Origin: Squalus acanthias
Lineage: Eukaryota
Assembly (NCBI GenBank): GCA_030390025.1
Contig: CM059432.1
Coordinates: 60,514,001-60,578,000, forward strand
Length of the DNA stretch: 64,000 nt
Reading direction: 5' to 3'
The position numbers and the translations under genes are program-made. Shown in pieces: positions 48,566 to 62,729 of the stretch; the first letter of the stretch is position 1, and each line of letters begins with the position of its first letter. The notes under the pieces were generated by a model, which was not told where the DNA came from, did not search any database, and saw only the letters and a program-made list of their open reading frames with translations.

Positions 48566-49904
48566 TATCCACGTAACTGAAGTCCCTCATCCTTGGAATC
48601 ATTCTTCTAAATCTTTTCTGCACCCTCTCTAAGGCCTTGACATCCTTCCTAAGGTGCGGTGTCCAGAATTGGACGCGATACTCCAGTTGAGGCCATACCA
48701 GTGTTTTATAAAGGTTCTTCATAACTTCCTTGCTTCAGTACTCTATGCCTCTATTTATGAAGCCCAGTATCCCGTATGCTATTTTAACCACTGTCTCAAT
48801 CTGCCCTGCTACCTTCCACGATTTGTGCACATAGTCCCCAGGTCTCTCTGTTCATGCACCCCCTCTAAGATTGTACCCTTTAGTTTATATTGCCTCTCCT
48901 CGTTCTTCCTACCAAAATGTATCACTTCACACTTTTCTGCGTTAAATTTCATCTGCCACGTGTCCGCCCATTTCACCAATCTGTCTTTGTCTTCTTGAAG
49001 TCTATCACTATCCTCCTCACTGTTTACTATACTTCCAGGTTATGTGTTATCTGCAGATTTTTAAATTCTGCCCCGTACTCCCAAGTCGAAGTCATTAATA
49101 TATATCAAGAAAAGCGGTGGTCCCAGTACCGACCCCTGTATACCTTCCTCCAGTCCGAAAAACAACCGTTCACCACTACTCTCTGTTTCCTGTCACTTAG
49201 CCAATTTCGTATCCATGCAGCCACTGTCCCTTTTATTCCATGGACTTCAACTTTGCTGGCAAGTCTATAATGTGGCACTTTATCAAACGCCTTTTGGAAG
49301 TCCATATACACCACGTCAACCGCATTGTCCTCATCAACCCTCTCTGTTACCTCATCAAAAAACTCGATCAAGTTAGTTAAACAAGATTTGCCTTTAACAA
49401 ATCCGTGCTGGCTTTCCTTAATTAATCCACACTTGTCCAAGTGACTGTTAACTTTGTCCCTTATTATCGTTTCTAAAAGCTTCCCCACTACCGAGGGTAA
49501 ACTGACTGGCCTGTAGTTGCTGAGTTTATCCTTGCATCCTTTTTTGAAATAGGGTGTAACATTTGCAATTCTTCAGTCCTCTGGCACCACCCCCGTATCT
49601 CAGGAGGATTGGAAGATTATGGCCAGTACCTCTGCGATTTCCTCCTTAACCTCCCTCAGCATCCTAAGATGCATCCCATCTAGTCCTGGTGACTTATCAA
49701 CTTTAAGTTTAGACAGCCTTTCCCGTACCATCTCTTTATCAATTCCTATCTCATCCAGTATCTCCACTACCTTCTCTTTCACTATGACTTTGGCAGCATC
49801 TTCTTCCATGGTGAAGACAGATGCAAAGTACTCATTTAGTACCTCAGCCATGCCCTCTGCCTCCATGCGCAGGTCTCCTTTTTGGTCCCTAATCGGCCCC
49901 ACCC

Positions 49905-52310
49905 CTTTTTTTATTTGTTTATGGGATGTGGGTGTCGCTGGCAAGGCCAGCATTTATTGCCCATCCCTAATTGCCCTTGAAAAGGTGGTGGTGAGCCGCC
50001 TAGGGAATTCCAGGATTTTGACCAAGCGACGATGAAGGATCGGCGATGTACTTCTAAGTCAGGATGGTGTGTGACTTGGAGGGGAACTTGGAGGTGGTGG
50101 TGTTCCCATGTGCCTGCTGCCCTTGTCCTTCTAGGTGGAAGAGGTCACGGGTTTGGGAGGTGCTGCCGAAGAAGCCTTGGCGAGTTGCTGCAGTGCATCT
50201 TGTAGATGGTACACACTGTAGCCACGGTACACCGGTGGTGGAGGGAGTGAATGTTTAAAGTGGTGGGTGGGCTGCCAATCAAGCGGGCTGCTTTGTTCTG
50301 GATGGTGTCGAGCTTCTTGAGTGCTGTTGCAGCTGCACTCATCCAGGCAAGTGGAGAGTATTCCATCACACTCCATACTTGTGCCTTGTAGATGGTGGAA
50401 AGGCTTTGGGGAGTCAGGAGGTGAGACACTCGCCGCAGAATACCTAGCCTCTGACCTGCTCTTGTTGCCACAGTATTTATGTGGCTGGTCCAGTTAAGTT
50501 TCTGGTCAATGGTGACCCCCAGGATGTTGATGGTGGACGATTCAGCGATAGTAATGCCGTTGAATATCAAGTGGAGGTGGTTAGACCCTCGCTTGTTCGA
50601 GATAGTCATTGCCTGGTACTTCTGTGGCGCGAATGTTACCTGCCACTTATCATCCCAAGCCTGAATGTCGTCCAGGTCTTGTTGCATGCTGGCATGGACA
50701 GCTTCATTATCTGAGGAGTTGTGAATGGCGCTGAACACTGTGCAGTCATCAGCGAACATCCCCATTTCTGACCTTATGTTGGAGGGAAGGTCATTGATGA
50801 AGCAGCTGAAGATGGTTGGGCCTAGGACACTGCCCTGAGGAACTCCTGCCGCGATGTCCTGGGGCTGTGATGATTGACCTTCAACCGCCACAACCATCTT
50901 CCTTTGTGCTAGGTATGACTCCAGTCAGTGGAGCGTTTTCCCCTTGATTCCCATTGACTTCAGTTTTACTAGGGCTCCTTGATGCCACACTCGGTCAAAT
51001 GCTGCCTTGATGTCAAGGGCAGTCACTCTCACCTCACCTCTGGAATTCAGCTCCTTTGTCCATGTTTGGACAAAGGTTGTAATGAGGTCGGGAGCCGAGT
51101 GCTCTTGGCGGAACCCAAACTGGGCATCAGTGAGCAGGTTATTGGTGAGTAAGTGCCGCTTGATAGCACTGTCGATGACACTTTCCATCACTTTGCTGAT
51201 GATTGAGAGTAGACTGATGGGGCGGTAATTGGCCGGGTTGGATTTGTCCTGCTTTTTGTGGACAGGACATATCTGGGCAGTTTTCCACATTGTGGGATAG
51301 ATGCCAGTGTTGTGGCTTTACTGGAACAGCTTGGTTAGAGGCACGGCTAGTTCTGGAGCGCGTCTTCAGCACAATAGCCGGGATGTTGTCGGGGCCCATA
51401 GCCTTTGCTGTATCCAGTGCGTTCAGCCGTTTCTTGATATCACGTGGAGTGAATCGAATTGGCTGAAGTCTGGCATCTGTGATGGTGGGGACCGCAGGAG
51501 TAGGCCGATATGGACTTCGTCTCCACAATGACTGTGCCGTGGTCACTGCTACCAATGCTGTCATGGACAGATGCATCTGCGACAGGTAGATTTGTGAGGA
51601 CGAAGTCAAGTAGGATTTTCCCCTCATGTTGGTTCTCTCGCCACCTGTCGCAGGCCCAGACTGGCAGTTATGTCCTTCAGGACTCGGCCACCTCGGTCAG
51701 TTGTGGTGCTACTGAGCCACTCTTGGTGATGGACATTGAAGTACCCCACCCAGAGTACATTCTGTGCCCTTGCTACTCTCAGTCCTTCTTCCAAGTGGTG
51801 TTCAACATGTCGGAGTACTGATTCATCAGCTGAGGGAGGGCGGTAGGTGGTAATCAGCAGGAGGTTTCCTTGCCCATGCTTGACCTGAAGCCATGAGACT
51901 TCATGGGGTCCGGAGTCAATGTTGAGGACTCCCAGAGCCACTCCTTCCCGACTGTATACCACTGTGCAGCCACCCCTGGTGGGTCTGTCCTGTTGGTGCG
52001 ACTGGACATACCCAGGGATGGAGGAGTTTGGGATATTGGCTGAAAGGTATGATTCTGTTAGTATGACTATGTCAGGCTGTTGCTTAACAGTCTGTGGGAC
52101 AGCTCTCCCAATTTTGGCACAAGTACCCAGATGTTGGTGAGGAGGACTTTGCAGTGTCAACTGGGTTGGGTGTGCCGATGCCGAGGTCGATGCCGGGTGG
52201 TCCGTCCATTTTTATTCTTATGATTGTGTTTCGTAACGGTTTGTTACAACTGAGTGGCTTGCTAGGCCATTTCAGAGGGCAGTTAAGAGTCATCCACATT
52301 GCTGTGGGTC
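49905..52310 (-). mobile_element. Second copy of the tRNA-headed single-ORF LINE (5'-truncated, internal deletions)
   Basis: Colinear with 11645-14661. About 570 bp is deleted at ~51512, and a small deletion lies at ~50000. Confidence 0.9.
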
Positions 52311-52807
52311 TTACTACCCCTTTACTGTTTCTATGCCTATAGAAGACTTTTGGATTATCTATATCTTTCCCACTAGTTGGTAGCCCATAGAATACACCTA
52401 GTAGTGTAATGGCACCTCTATTATTTCTTAACTCTAACCAAATAGATTCTGTCCTTGACCCCTCCAGGACATCCTCTCTCTCCAGCACTGTAACATTCTC
52501 CTTAACCAATACTGCCACACCACCTCCTTTCTTTCCTTCCCTATCTTTCCTGAACACCTTATATCCAGGAATATTTAAAACCCAATCCTGCCCTTTTTTG
52601 AGCCGGGTCTCTGTTATCGCCACAACATCATATTCCCATTTGGCTATTTACACCTGCAGCTCACCAACCTTATTTACCATGCCTTACACACATGCACTGT
52701 AAACCTGTCTTAGACCTTCTTGTACTCTCTCTTAGTCTGACCCTACCTAATTCCTTACTATTTCTTACTCTTGTGCTATCTGTCTCTCCCCATCCTTTAC
52801 GCACTTT

Positions 52808-53463
52808 AGCGCCCTCAAAAAGTTAGTGCCCCTGCACCATAAATTCAGCGGTAGCGCCCCAAGCAGGAGGCGAGGCGCTACTGGAAAACACTTCCCCTCC
52901 TCCCTGGGGTGCTACCAGTGAATATCGCGGTGCTACATGCAACAGCGCTACGTTCGTCAGCACGTAGCGCCACGGTATTGCAGGACTCCCTCCCCTGATT
53001 AAAGGAGAGGGGCCTAGCGCTCCGCGCACCGGGGCCCTGCTGAACCACTGGGGAGCTGGGTGCCGGGAAAGCAGCCCGGCACTCAAGAGGAGTGCCGGGC
53101 TGAGTGATCGCGGCCAGCACCCTGAATAAAAGAGGGGGAAGGGGGCATGCGCTAAAAATGGCCGCCCGACACCTGTCCCTTTAAATACCGCCGCCGCAGC
53201 TGCAGAAACGCAACCCTGACCCTGTCGGACATATCATCCGGTGATAGGTCAGGGGGCCCTACCGAAGTTTGCGGCCGGAGCGCAAGTGGGGTGCTGTGCA
53301 CGGCGATTACGCTGGGGCTTTACCGGCTACCACTGCTGCTAACACCCTGCTGAATTTTGCGGGAGGCGTTAATGGCACCGCGCCCGGGCGCTAGGGGCTT
53401 TGCACCCCGTTAGCGCCCCCCAGGACGCTAACGGGAGGCACAAATCAACCCAATTTCCCCCCC
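52808..53463. mobile_element. Non-autonomous Harbinger-type element, left end missing
   Basis: Right terminus CCCAATTTCCCCCCC. Inverted similarity to 53854-54521 and similarity to 26900-27073. Confidence 0.75.
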
Positions 53464-53853
53464 TTTGTTTCTCCTTTCTAATGCTACATCCTGGTGCCCA
53501 TCCTGCTGCCAAATTAGTTTAAACCCTCCCCAACAGCACTAGCAAACCCCCCGCGAAGACATTGGTTCCGGCTCTTATGCTGCGGGGTGACCACCTCCTG
53601 AAACGTGCTATCTTGGTAGCTCTCAGCGTCATGGATGCATCGCAGTGACGCCAGCTGCTGCTCAAGCTCCGAAACCCGGAGCTCAAGCTCCTCCACCTGA
53701 CGACACTTCCTGCACAAGTGATTGTCCAGGACATGGGAAGCGTCCTGGATTTCCCACATGGCACAGGATGTGCATTCCATAGGACTGAGGTGCCCTGCCA
53801 TGCCTCTATTTATTTGACTATTAACTAACTTACAGCAATAAACTTAAGACTAA

Positions 53854-54521
53854 AGGGACTAAATTCGGTTGATTTGCGCCTCAGGGCGCTAACGGGGCAC
53901 AAATCAACTAGCGCCTGGGCGTGGCGCCGCTAACACTTCCTGCGAAATTCAGCGGGAGGTTAGCGGCGGTGCTAACCGTTAATGCCACGCGGTGCTGCGC
54001 CGCCGGTGATGACGTTATCGCCGTGCGTAGCGCCCCGCTTGCGCCCCGGCTGTAATATTAGGTGGCGCCACCCAACTTACCGCCGGACGCCATGTCCGCC
54101 GGGGCCAGGAGGGCCTACCTGCGGCCAGGGCGGCACTAGTTAAAGGGGAGGTGGTGGGCGGCCATTTTTGTTGCTGGCCGCCTGCCAGCACCTGCCCCTG
54201 TTGCTGTCCCCGGCCCCCATGAAGCCCCCCCGCAGGGTGCCGGCTGCTCTCCATGAGTCCAGCACTCCTCTTGAGTGCCGGGTTCGTTTGCCAGCACTCC
54301 CGATCCCTGGTGGCCCAGCTGGGCGCCGGGACGCGCTGCGCCAGGCCCCTCCCCTTTAATAAGGGGAGGGAGGCCTGCAGTACCGCGGCGTGACGTGCTG
54401 CAGCGCCGCAATATTGGCTCGCAGCGCCCCAAGAGGGACGCGGGGCACTTCCAGTAGCGCCCCTCCTCCCTTTCGGGGCGCTACCTGGGAAAATTTCGGG
54501 GCGCTACCCAATTTCTACCCC
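53854..54521. mobile_element. Non-autonomous Harbinger-type element, 668 bp, TAA TSD
   Basis: Termini AGGGACTAAATTCGG / CCCAATTTCTACCCC, with TAA at 53851-53853 and 54522-54524. Confidence 0.82.
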
Positions 54522-54774
54522 TAAGAACCTTTATCTCTGGCCACTTCTCTCGCTCTCTTAGTTAAAGTCTTTATTCACCATTATTTATAGTTATGTTAAT
54601 TAGTTTTTCTAGTTAAGTTAGAGAGAATAAAACGCTAATACTCACCCACCAATCACCTACCTGCTGTCCTGTGACTTCACTCCTTGATTTTGCTGTTCTT
54701 TTGGAATTCGGCGGATTTGTATCCGGTGCTGCCGACTCCTTCCAGGTCCAGACCCTTCCAGACCCCCCCCCCTT

Positions 54775-55688
54775 CCAGGGGGGTGGCGGGGGTAGTCAAT
54801 ACTGAGCAGGACTGCAACAAATTACAAGAAGACATTAATAAACTTGAAGAATGGGCATATAATTGCCAAATGAAATTCAACAGATAAATGTAAGGTATTA
54901 CAGTTTGGTAAGAAAAATAGGAAGGTCACATATTACTTGGAAAATACAAATCTAAGTGGGGTAGAAGAGGAAAGGGATCTCGGAGTACAAATATACAAAT
55001 CACTGAAAGTAGCGACACAGGTTAACAAGGCCATAAAAAAACAAACCAAGCACTAGGATTTATTTCTAGAGGGATTGAGTTGAAAAGTAGAGAAGCTATG
55101 CTAAACTTGTACCGAACCTTGGTTAGACCACACTTGGAGTACTGTGTACAGTTCTGGTCACCATATTAAAGAAAGGATATAGAGGCACTGGAGAAGGTGC
55201 AAAAAAGATTTACAAGGATGATACCAGAAATGCAAGGGTATACCTATCAGAAAGGATGAACAGGCTGGGTCTCTTTTCTCTCAAAGAGAAGGCTGAGGGT
55301 TGATCTAATAGAGGTGTTTAAAATTATGAAATGTTTTGATAGAGTAGATACAGAGAGTTTCCACTTGTGGGGAAGAGCAAAACTAGAGGCCATCAATATA
55401 AGATAGTCACCAAGAAATCAAATAGGGAATTCAGAAGGAACTTCTTTACCCAGAGAGTGGTGAGAATGTGGAACTTTCTACCAGAGGGAGTGGTTGAAGC
55501 GAATAGTATAGATGCATTTAAGGGGAGGCTAGATAAGCATATGAGGGAGAAGGGAATAGAGGGTTATGCTGATAGAGTTAGATGAGGAAAGATGGGAGGA
55601 GGCTCGAGTGGAGCATAAACGCTGGCATGGACTGGTTGGGCCGAATGGCCTGTTTCTGTGCTGTATATCCTATGTAATCCTGTGTAAA
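54775..55688 (+). mobile_element. CR1 3' portion
   Basis: DCNKLQEDINKL, RPHLEYCVQFWSP, and tail ATCCTATGTAATCCTGTGTAA. Confidence 0.9.
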
Positions 55689-56927
55689 CTAGAATTCTTC
55701 CTATTTGTTTCCAGATAATCCTTAATAGGTAAGATATTTCTAGTTGGACAAACAATGGGAAGCTTAGGAGCACTTTGCTGGTAAATTGCACAGTGTTAAT
55801 TGGTTAAACTCCAGCAATACCCCTGCATACACTTGGGGTCCCTAAAACTTGCCTGTTCCGTACTTGCATCCAAGTTCTCCGGACCTAAGTGAGTGAGTGT
55901 ACCTAAATGGGGCTATCTACAAGGAAAGAATGTGCACTTCATAATGGACAAAGAGAAACTCTACCTGTGTGGATTTCTGACTAGCATGATTTAGAGACTC
56001 TCGATTATGTGGATGAGTTTCTGTGCATGTCGGACAATCAGCTGACCAAAAATAAAATAACTTTTTCTCAAAGAGGAACAAGGGCAGGGGGAGCTGATAT
56101 TGTAAGCAGATGACAATCTGAGACTCATAACATTTGAACGTTGTACTTTCGGCAATCAGATACTAATCTTTGCACTTGGTATTCCTCTTATAACAGATCA
56201 AGCAAAGGTTACAGGTGCAGATTAAAAACAGCCATTCAATATCAACTTTAAGTGTCCTGAGGTGATCAGAGGAATTGGTTAGTCTAAGTAATCTCTAGCT
56301 GGGGGAAATCTTGTTGGATGAGTCTATTAGCAATTGTAAAAGGCAGCACCCATCAGCTATGGTGAGTTTTCTTTTGCTTTCTAGTTAATTATCAGGTCAA
56401 TTGAAGTTGCAGATTAAAGAATGATGAATCTAGAAATAGATGATTGAATTCTGTGGATAGTATTTAACAAACAGGCAAAAACAGAATCGTCTGCAGATGG
56501 TAGACAGCAAACTGTAATGGAAAGGCTATTCCTCTCCTTGAGAAGTAATTTTTGGCCCACAGTTTCCTTTGAAATGCTTCCGCTCCAGCGCCATATCAGC
56601 GAAAGTGCAGCAGAAACTCTGCAGGGTGAAGTTATGATGGCGGAACAGCAGTAGTTACGATAAAAATTCTGGGTAGAGTGAGCTTCTTTGGTGTGGCTGC
56701 TTCAGCCGGATGCTGGTCATATATGTAGGGTATCTCTTTACAAAGCCCTTGCAGAACTTTCAGCCACTAGGCAGAGCTAGTATATGAGTCAGTTATTCTG
56801 AAGGGTAAACACAGCCAGACAGTGCCCAAGCCCCTTGCCATGTTGTATACAAGACCATAACAACTGTAAAGTGCAGGTGCTAATTAGTAAATGGGAAGTA
56901 AGTCTTTCAGACAGATTTCTACACATT

Positions 56928-57445
56928 CAACAACAACAACTTGCATTTATATAGCACCTTTAATGTAGTAAAACATTGCAAAGCACTTCACAGGAGCGTT
57001 ATCGAACACAATTTGACAATGAGCCACATAAGGGGATATTGGGACAGGTGACCAAAAGCTTGGTCAAATAGGTAGGTATTAGGGTGCGTCTTAAAGGAGG
57101 AGAGAGAGGCGGAGAGGCATTAGGGAGGGAATTCCAGAGTTTAGGGCTGAGGCAACTGAAGGCACAGCCACCAATGATGGAATGATTAAAATCGGGATGC
57201 GCAAGAGGTTAGAATTGGAGGAGTGCAGATATCTCGGAGGGTTGTAGGGCTGGAGAAGGTTACAGAGAGAGGGAGGCGTGAGGCCATGGAGGGATTTGAA
57301 ACAAGGATGAGAATTTTAAAATCGAGGTGTTGCTGGACCAGGAGCCAATGTAGGTCAATGAGCTCAAGGGTAATAGATGAATGGGACAGTGCGAGTTAGG
57401 ATACAGGCAGCAGAGATTTGGATGAGCTCAAGTTTACGGAGGATG
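56928..57445 (-). mobile_element. L2 3' fragment
   Basis: Reverse complement of the 23000-23505 family, with a (CAA)n tail. Confidence 0.87.
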
Positions 57446-58065
57446 TACTGGAACTGCAGAGACAAGTAAATAAAGATATGGCCAAAATACTGCCAGATAG
57501 GTCTCAAGGCACAGAACTGTCAATACAGAACTGTAAATCAAACCAGATCAAAGGCATAGTGGTGAGAGATGCTTGCATTCTGAATCTTACTTTCAATGGC
57601 TTAGCCATCAGTGATGAAGACAATGTTTAGCTCATATTTTATGACACTTGTCAATTGATAAATAAAATTATTGCTAGCCTTCAAAGGAACCAGAATTTGA
57701 TTAGCTCTAGATCAAAACCTACTTGGGCAACAAAAGTTTTACAGCCAGAAGAGAATTTATGTTGCACTTTAACATGTAATGAGAGTATTGTGTGTATACT
57801 CACACACATTTAACATGTGCCATGTTTGGCCTAGCTAACATTTCATGAGAAGATGTAAAAAATAAATATCATCTAGCATGATGCAGGATGTAGTGTACAT
57901 CCAGCACAAGAATATTCTAAAATATAGCCTGTATTCTAGAACTGTCATTGGTAATTGACCTATCCTGTTCATCAGTACAATGCAGCATCTTACCAGTCTG
58001 TCAATATTTGATGTCAGACAAAGAGATAATTTTGAGCCCTGCAACAAATAATCTTTTACCAAGCT

Positions 58066-58468
58066 AGGGACTTAAGCACATAATCTAGCCTCACACTTCA
58101 TTGTAGTGCTGAGGAAGTGCAGTACTGTCAGAGGTGCCATCTATAGGATAGAACATTTAACCAAGGCCTCATCTGCCCTATTGGTTACATGTAAAAAAGC
58201 CCATGGCACTATTCGATGAAGAACAGGGAAGTTCTCCCAGTGTCCTGGCCAATATTTTTCCCTCAACCAACATTACAAAAACAGATTATCCAGTCATTGA
58301 TCTCATTGCTGTGTATGGGACTTTGCTGTGTGCAGATTGGCTGCCGTGTTTCCCTACATTACTACAGTAACTAAACTTCAAAAGTACTTCTTTGGCTGTG
58401 AAGCCCTTTGAGATGTCCTGAGGTTGTGAAAGGTGTTATATAAATGCCAGTTCGTTCTTTCTTTCTTA
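58066..58468 (+). mobile_element. SacSINE1-like SINE, head missing, more diverged
   Basis: Similarity to 6686-7147 and 61795-62225. Confidence 0.8.
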
Positions 58469-58477
58469 TATTAGATG

Positions 58478-59690
58478 TTATTGAGTATATTCAAGACTGA
58501 GATCAATAGATTTTTGGACACTAAGGGAAATAAGGGATATTGCGATAGGGCGGGGAAATGGAGTTGAGATAGAAGATCAGCCATGATCTTATTGAAAGCC
58601 AGAGCAGGCTCGAGGGACCGTATGGCCTACTCCTGCTCCTATTTCTTGCATTCTTATTGTGAAAATTATTTAATCCTTTATGAAAGGTAACACTCCAAAT
58701 GCAGACTATCTGATGTACTGTCAGAACAACAGTTCTTGTCATTATTCAGGTGAATTAAGAGCCCTTTTGTCAGTTGTCATTGTGCCCTTAGAAGATCCTG
58801 AAAATTGTAGCATATTTTCTGCTGGTTTTCTATATGTCCATGTCATCTCATAAGAACATAACATAAGAACATAAGAAATAGGAGCAGGAGTAGGCCAATC
58901 GGCCCCTCGAGCCTGCTCCGCCATTCAATAAGATCATGGCTGATCTGATCCTAACCGCCAATCTACTATCTATCACAGAACCATCTCCTGCATCTAACAG
59001 AATTGCACACACGAAATAGGAGCAGAATCAGGCTACACAGTCCCTGGGCCCGCTCCACTACCCACAGGGCCATGACCGATCCGAACCTAGACTCATGTCC
59101 AAATTCCTGCCCGCTCCCCGTAACCCTTAATGCCCTTTACTTCTAGGAAACTGTCTATTTCTGTTTTAAATTTAATTAATGTTGTAGCTTCTACAGCTTT
59201 TTGTGGCAGCATATTCCATGGACCTACCACCCTCTGAGTGAAGTAGTTCCTCCTCATCTCAGTTTTGAAAGAGCAGCCCCTTATTCTAAGACTATGTCCC
59301 CTAGTTCTCGTCTCACCCGTCATCGGGAACATCCTCCCCGCATCCACCCGATCCAACCCCTTCACAATCTTATATGTTTCAATAAGATCGCCTCTCATTC
59401 TTCTGAACTCCAATGAGTAGAGTCCCAATCTACCCAACCTCTCCTCATATGACCACCCCCTCATCCCCGGGATTAACCGAATGAACCTTTTTTGCACTGC
59501 CTCGAGAGCAAGGATGTCTTTCCTTAAGTAAGGACACCAAAACTGTATGCAGTATTCCAGGTGCGGTCTCACCAATACCTTGTACAACTGAAGCAATACC
59601 TCCCTATTTTTATATTCTATCCCCCTAGCAATGAAAGCCAACATTCCATTTGCCTTCTTAATCACTTGCTGCACCTGCATACTAACCTCA
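58478..59690. mobile_element. Cluster of CR1 3' fragments (58478-58660 plus; 58848-58955 minus; ~59010-59690 minus)
   Basis: CR1 tails, and the ORF KANGMLAFIARGIEYK..RPHLEYCIQFW..FTQRVV. Confidence 0.85.
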
Positions 59691-60199
59691 TGCATATTGT
59701 TGTAATAAGTTGTCACTGGACACAGTAGTTTGCTTTGCAAAATGGCCCTGCCTGTTAGTCAGATTATTGTGTCATAATAGTTTTAAATTTGGCTCATTAT
59801 TCCACAGTGCTTGTCCTGGGTGAATTTTCCCCCTAATGGAAACAGATTTAAGTATTGTAACAGTTCATTAGGGATGATTCTGGTCCATGTGATGCTTCTG
59901 TCTATAATTTTTTATTTGAAATGTAAGACTATGTTTTCAGATTATTCTCCCAAATTTCTGGTTAGTTCTATTGGAAGTACCTGTCTGGTTTCATCTATAA
60001 ACTTGATGTAAACAGCAAGCTGCTGGTTTAATTGGCAGCCCTTCAATTTTGGATATAATGTCATCTCATGCTGCCAATGCACAATTCTGAATAGTCCATA
60101 CATGAATTGTACAAATTAGAAAAATATGTAAGCATTGAAAATTAAAAAAAGCATGCATCTGTCCAATAATTTAGTGAGTCACTTAAAAAATACTGCAAC

Positions 60200-60800
60200 T
60201 ACATCAGTTAGCAGATTTTGGTTAGCAGTGAATGAAGGGTGCCAGCCGTTCATTACACTTACACTTGCCCGCAGACTCTCTCTGGGCTTTTCCACTGGAA
60301 CTTGCGGTGATTAGAAATCCATTTCAGTGCGGCGCCCTTTACAGGGGATCTGGGACCTGTGTGAACAGGGCAAGGAACTGTGTCTCTCCTTAACCAATCA
60401 GATTGAAGAATCCTTACTGAGACACACAGGGCTGAGTTGGGGTCAGTTCAGAGGTTAAAATTGAAAAAGTCTGAAACAGGAACCCAACCCATCAACTTCC
60501 CGTTTAAACGGAAGCGGGATGAGGGGCGGGCGACCAACCAATCTGCTCGTAGGCAGCAGGTTGTTCATTTAAATATTATAATAATGCTGCATGGCTTCAT
60601 TTTAACAGTCATTCTATTTTTAACTCATGTCGGCTGGGTTTCCCAGGCCTCGGGAAACCCGGCAGGTGAAAGGAGGCGAGAAGGGGTGAATCCGTGAGGT
60701 CAGTGCCTTTACAGCACTGCTTGTGGGCCAGGAGGAGCAGGAGTGTTTCCTCCAGGCCCAACAAGCTACCCAGTAAACCACCGCCCCCCCCCCTTGAACC
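60200..60800. mobile_element. Possible old non-autonomous Harbinger-derived sequence
   Basis: Local similarity to Harbinger subterminal sequence at 4640-4830 and to 31380-31420. No clear TIR pair. Confidence 0.4.
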
Positions 60801-61214
60801 CTGAGACCTTCTGGTCTATAGGGGACAGGTACACAGTAGCTTTTTCAAACTAAGCTAACTGGAGTTATGTATATTATATTGTTGAGAAGCCTACATGAAG
60901 AGCCATAGTGCAGGACATGATCAAAGCTGAAAAGAATAAAAGAGAATTTGATAAGGTTCTGCACAAGAGATTATTAGCAGAAATGAGAGCGCACAGAATT
61001 GGAGGTAACCTTGTGACATGGGTTTTAACGAAAGAGAGAGAAGTAGGGAGGTGTACATATTTAAGAATGGAGTTCCAGAGTAGGAATGAGGCAGATGAAA
61101 GATCCAGATGGTATCTGGTCACAGAAATTTGGTACTGCATAAGAATGCTAGTTATCCAGGGAACTCTCCTGATACTTTATTATGCAATAGTTTGTGGTGC
61201 CTGTTTGTGTTTAA

Positions 61215-61560
61215 GGCTCTGAGAGATTGAACAAATGGCTGTTGAGAGACCAGAGCTACCCTTTGTATCTGTAGCTGATGACCCATTTAGAAACACCAAA
61301 CTACAGCAAAGTGCAAATACAATAAGACGCATGCCACCACCCAAAATATTATAGAGCACATCATTGGGATGCTAAAGCAACAATTGCAATGTTTATACCA
61401 TTCAGGTAGGGCCTTGTTGTATAGTTCAGCCAATGTCTACAAGAAGAACAGGAGACTGACATAGAGGGATTCGAGGTGCAGGCCGGGAGATTTTTGCAAC
61501 ACCCTGATCGATAACTACTTCTGGGACATTTTTGTGACACACTGATCAATAACTACTTCC
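61215..61560 (+). pseudogene. Very old Harbinger transposase C-terminal remnant
   Basis: LRDQSYPL..LMT..NKTHATTQNIIEHIIGMLKQQLQCL resembles LGDKGYPL..LMTP..HxxTRxxVExAIGMLKxRFRCL. Confidence 0.6.
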
Positions 61561-61794
61561 AGTAATGAACACATCTGGCCCCTCACCAGCTTTTCATTGC
61601 AATGAAACCTCAAAAATTGTACCCCCCAAACAAAAATATAGCCTATTACCCACTACTGAATCCCATCATTTGTTACTTTTCATTGCCAATCACAACATGG
61701 TCCGCAAAGAGTATTAATGAAATGATTATAATTTATTTTGTGCCATCTATATTAATGAAATGCTCTAATTCCTACCACATCAGTAATTCTACAG

Positions 61795-62225
61795 TGTCAT
61801 CCGTGGCTCAGTTGGTAGCACCCTCGCCTCTGAGTCAGAGGTTGTGGGCTCAAGTCCCACTCCAGTGACTTGAGCACAAAAATCTAGGCTGACACTCCAG
61901 TGCAGTACTGAGGGAGTGCTGCACTGTCAGAGGTGCCATCTTTCGGATGAGATGTTAAACCGAGGCCCCGTCTGCTCCCTCAGGTGGACGTAAAAGATCC
62001 TATGGCACTATTTCGAAGAAGAGCAGGGGAGTTATTTATCCCTCAATCAACATCACTAAAACAGATTATCTGGTCATTATCACATTGCTGTTTGTGGGAG
62101 CTTGCTGTGTGCATATTTGGCTGCTGTGTTTCCTACATTACAACAGTGACTACACTTCAAAAAGTACTTCATTGGGATGTCCGGTTGTCGTGAAAGGCGC
62201 TATATAAATGCAAGTCTTTCCTTTT
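61795..62225 (+). mobile_element. SacSINE1-like SINE, full length
   Basis: TGTCATCCGTGGCTCAGTTGGTAGC head and GCGCTATATAAATGCAAGTCTTTC tail. Confidence 0.87.
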
Positions 62226-62729
62226 ACAAGTTATGCTTTTGTTGTACAGTGAAGATGTCACTTGCTCCATAGTGCTCTGCACTTGAGTCTGCAGTGATGC
62301 CAGAGGTGCACTGCTGTACATTCTCCATAAACCACTGACAATTGTTCCTCCATTCGGTCCCATCTGAAGGTAGGCACAAAAGACTCCAATCCCGAGCCCA
62401 TATGGCAGAGAAACACCTTGAGCTTCCACCCTGGTCTGCTGTTTCTTGGTTTTCTCCTATTACCTCCACTTGCTCCTCCTCACTTGTGAAGTGATGCATC
62501 ACCCAATGTTCCTTCCTCTAGAGTTCGTAAACTGCTCGGATCTGTGTTGGCTTTTGGGACAGGTGGGGTGTTTGATGCAATCTGCTATAATGGAAGAACA
62601 TATAGGGAGAGGAAAGGAAGAAGAATTGCAATGGATCCGTGATGTAATAACTTCAAACAGAGGTAAGTTTACAATGCATATATGTCACGCTGCTGCTTGA
62701 TTGAGGTTAGGAAGGTTCCACATGTCTGT

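Larger units (their letters stand above)
46803..54680 (-). mobile_element. Formerly full-length CR1 LINE split by four insertions and internal deletions
   Basis: Colinear pieces: 46803-47238 (tail), 48566-49905 (RT), 52311-52807 (EN start), 53464-53853 (ORF1 MAGHLSPMECTSCAMW, esterase deleted), 54522-54680 (5'UTR). Confidence 0.85.

Noticed and set aside
52808..54521. CpG-island promoter
   Set aside because: Explained by two repeated TIR elements with homologues elsewhere in the window.
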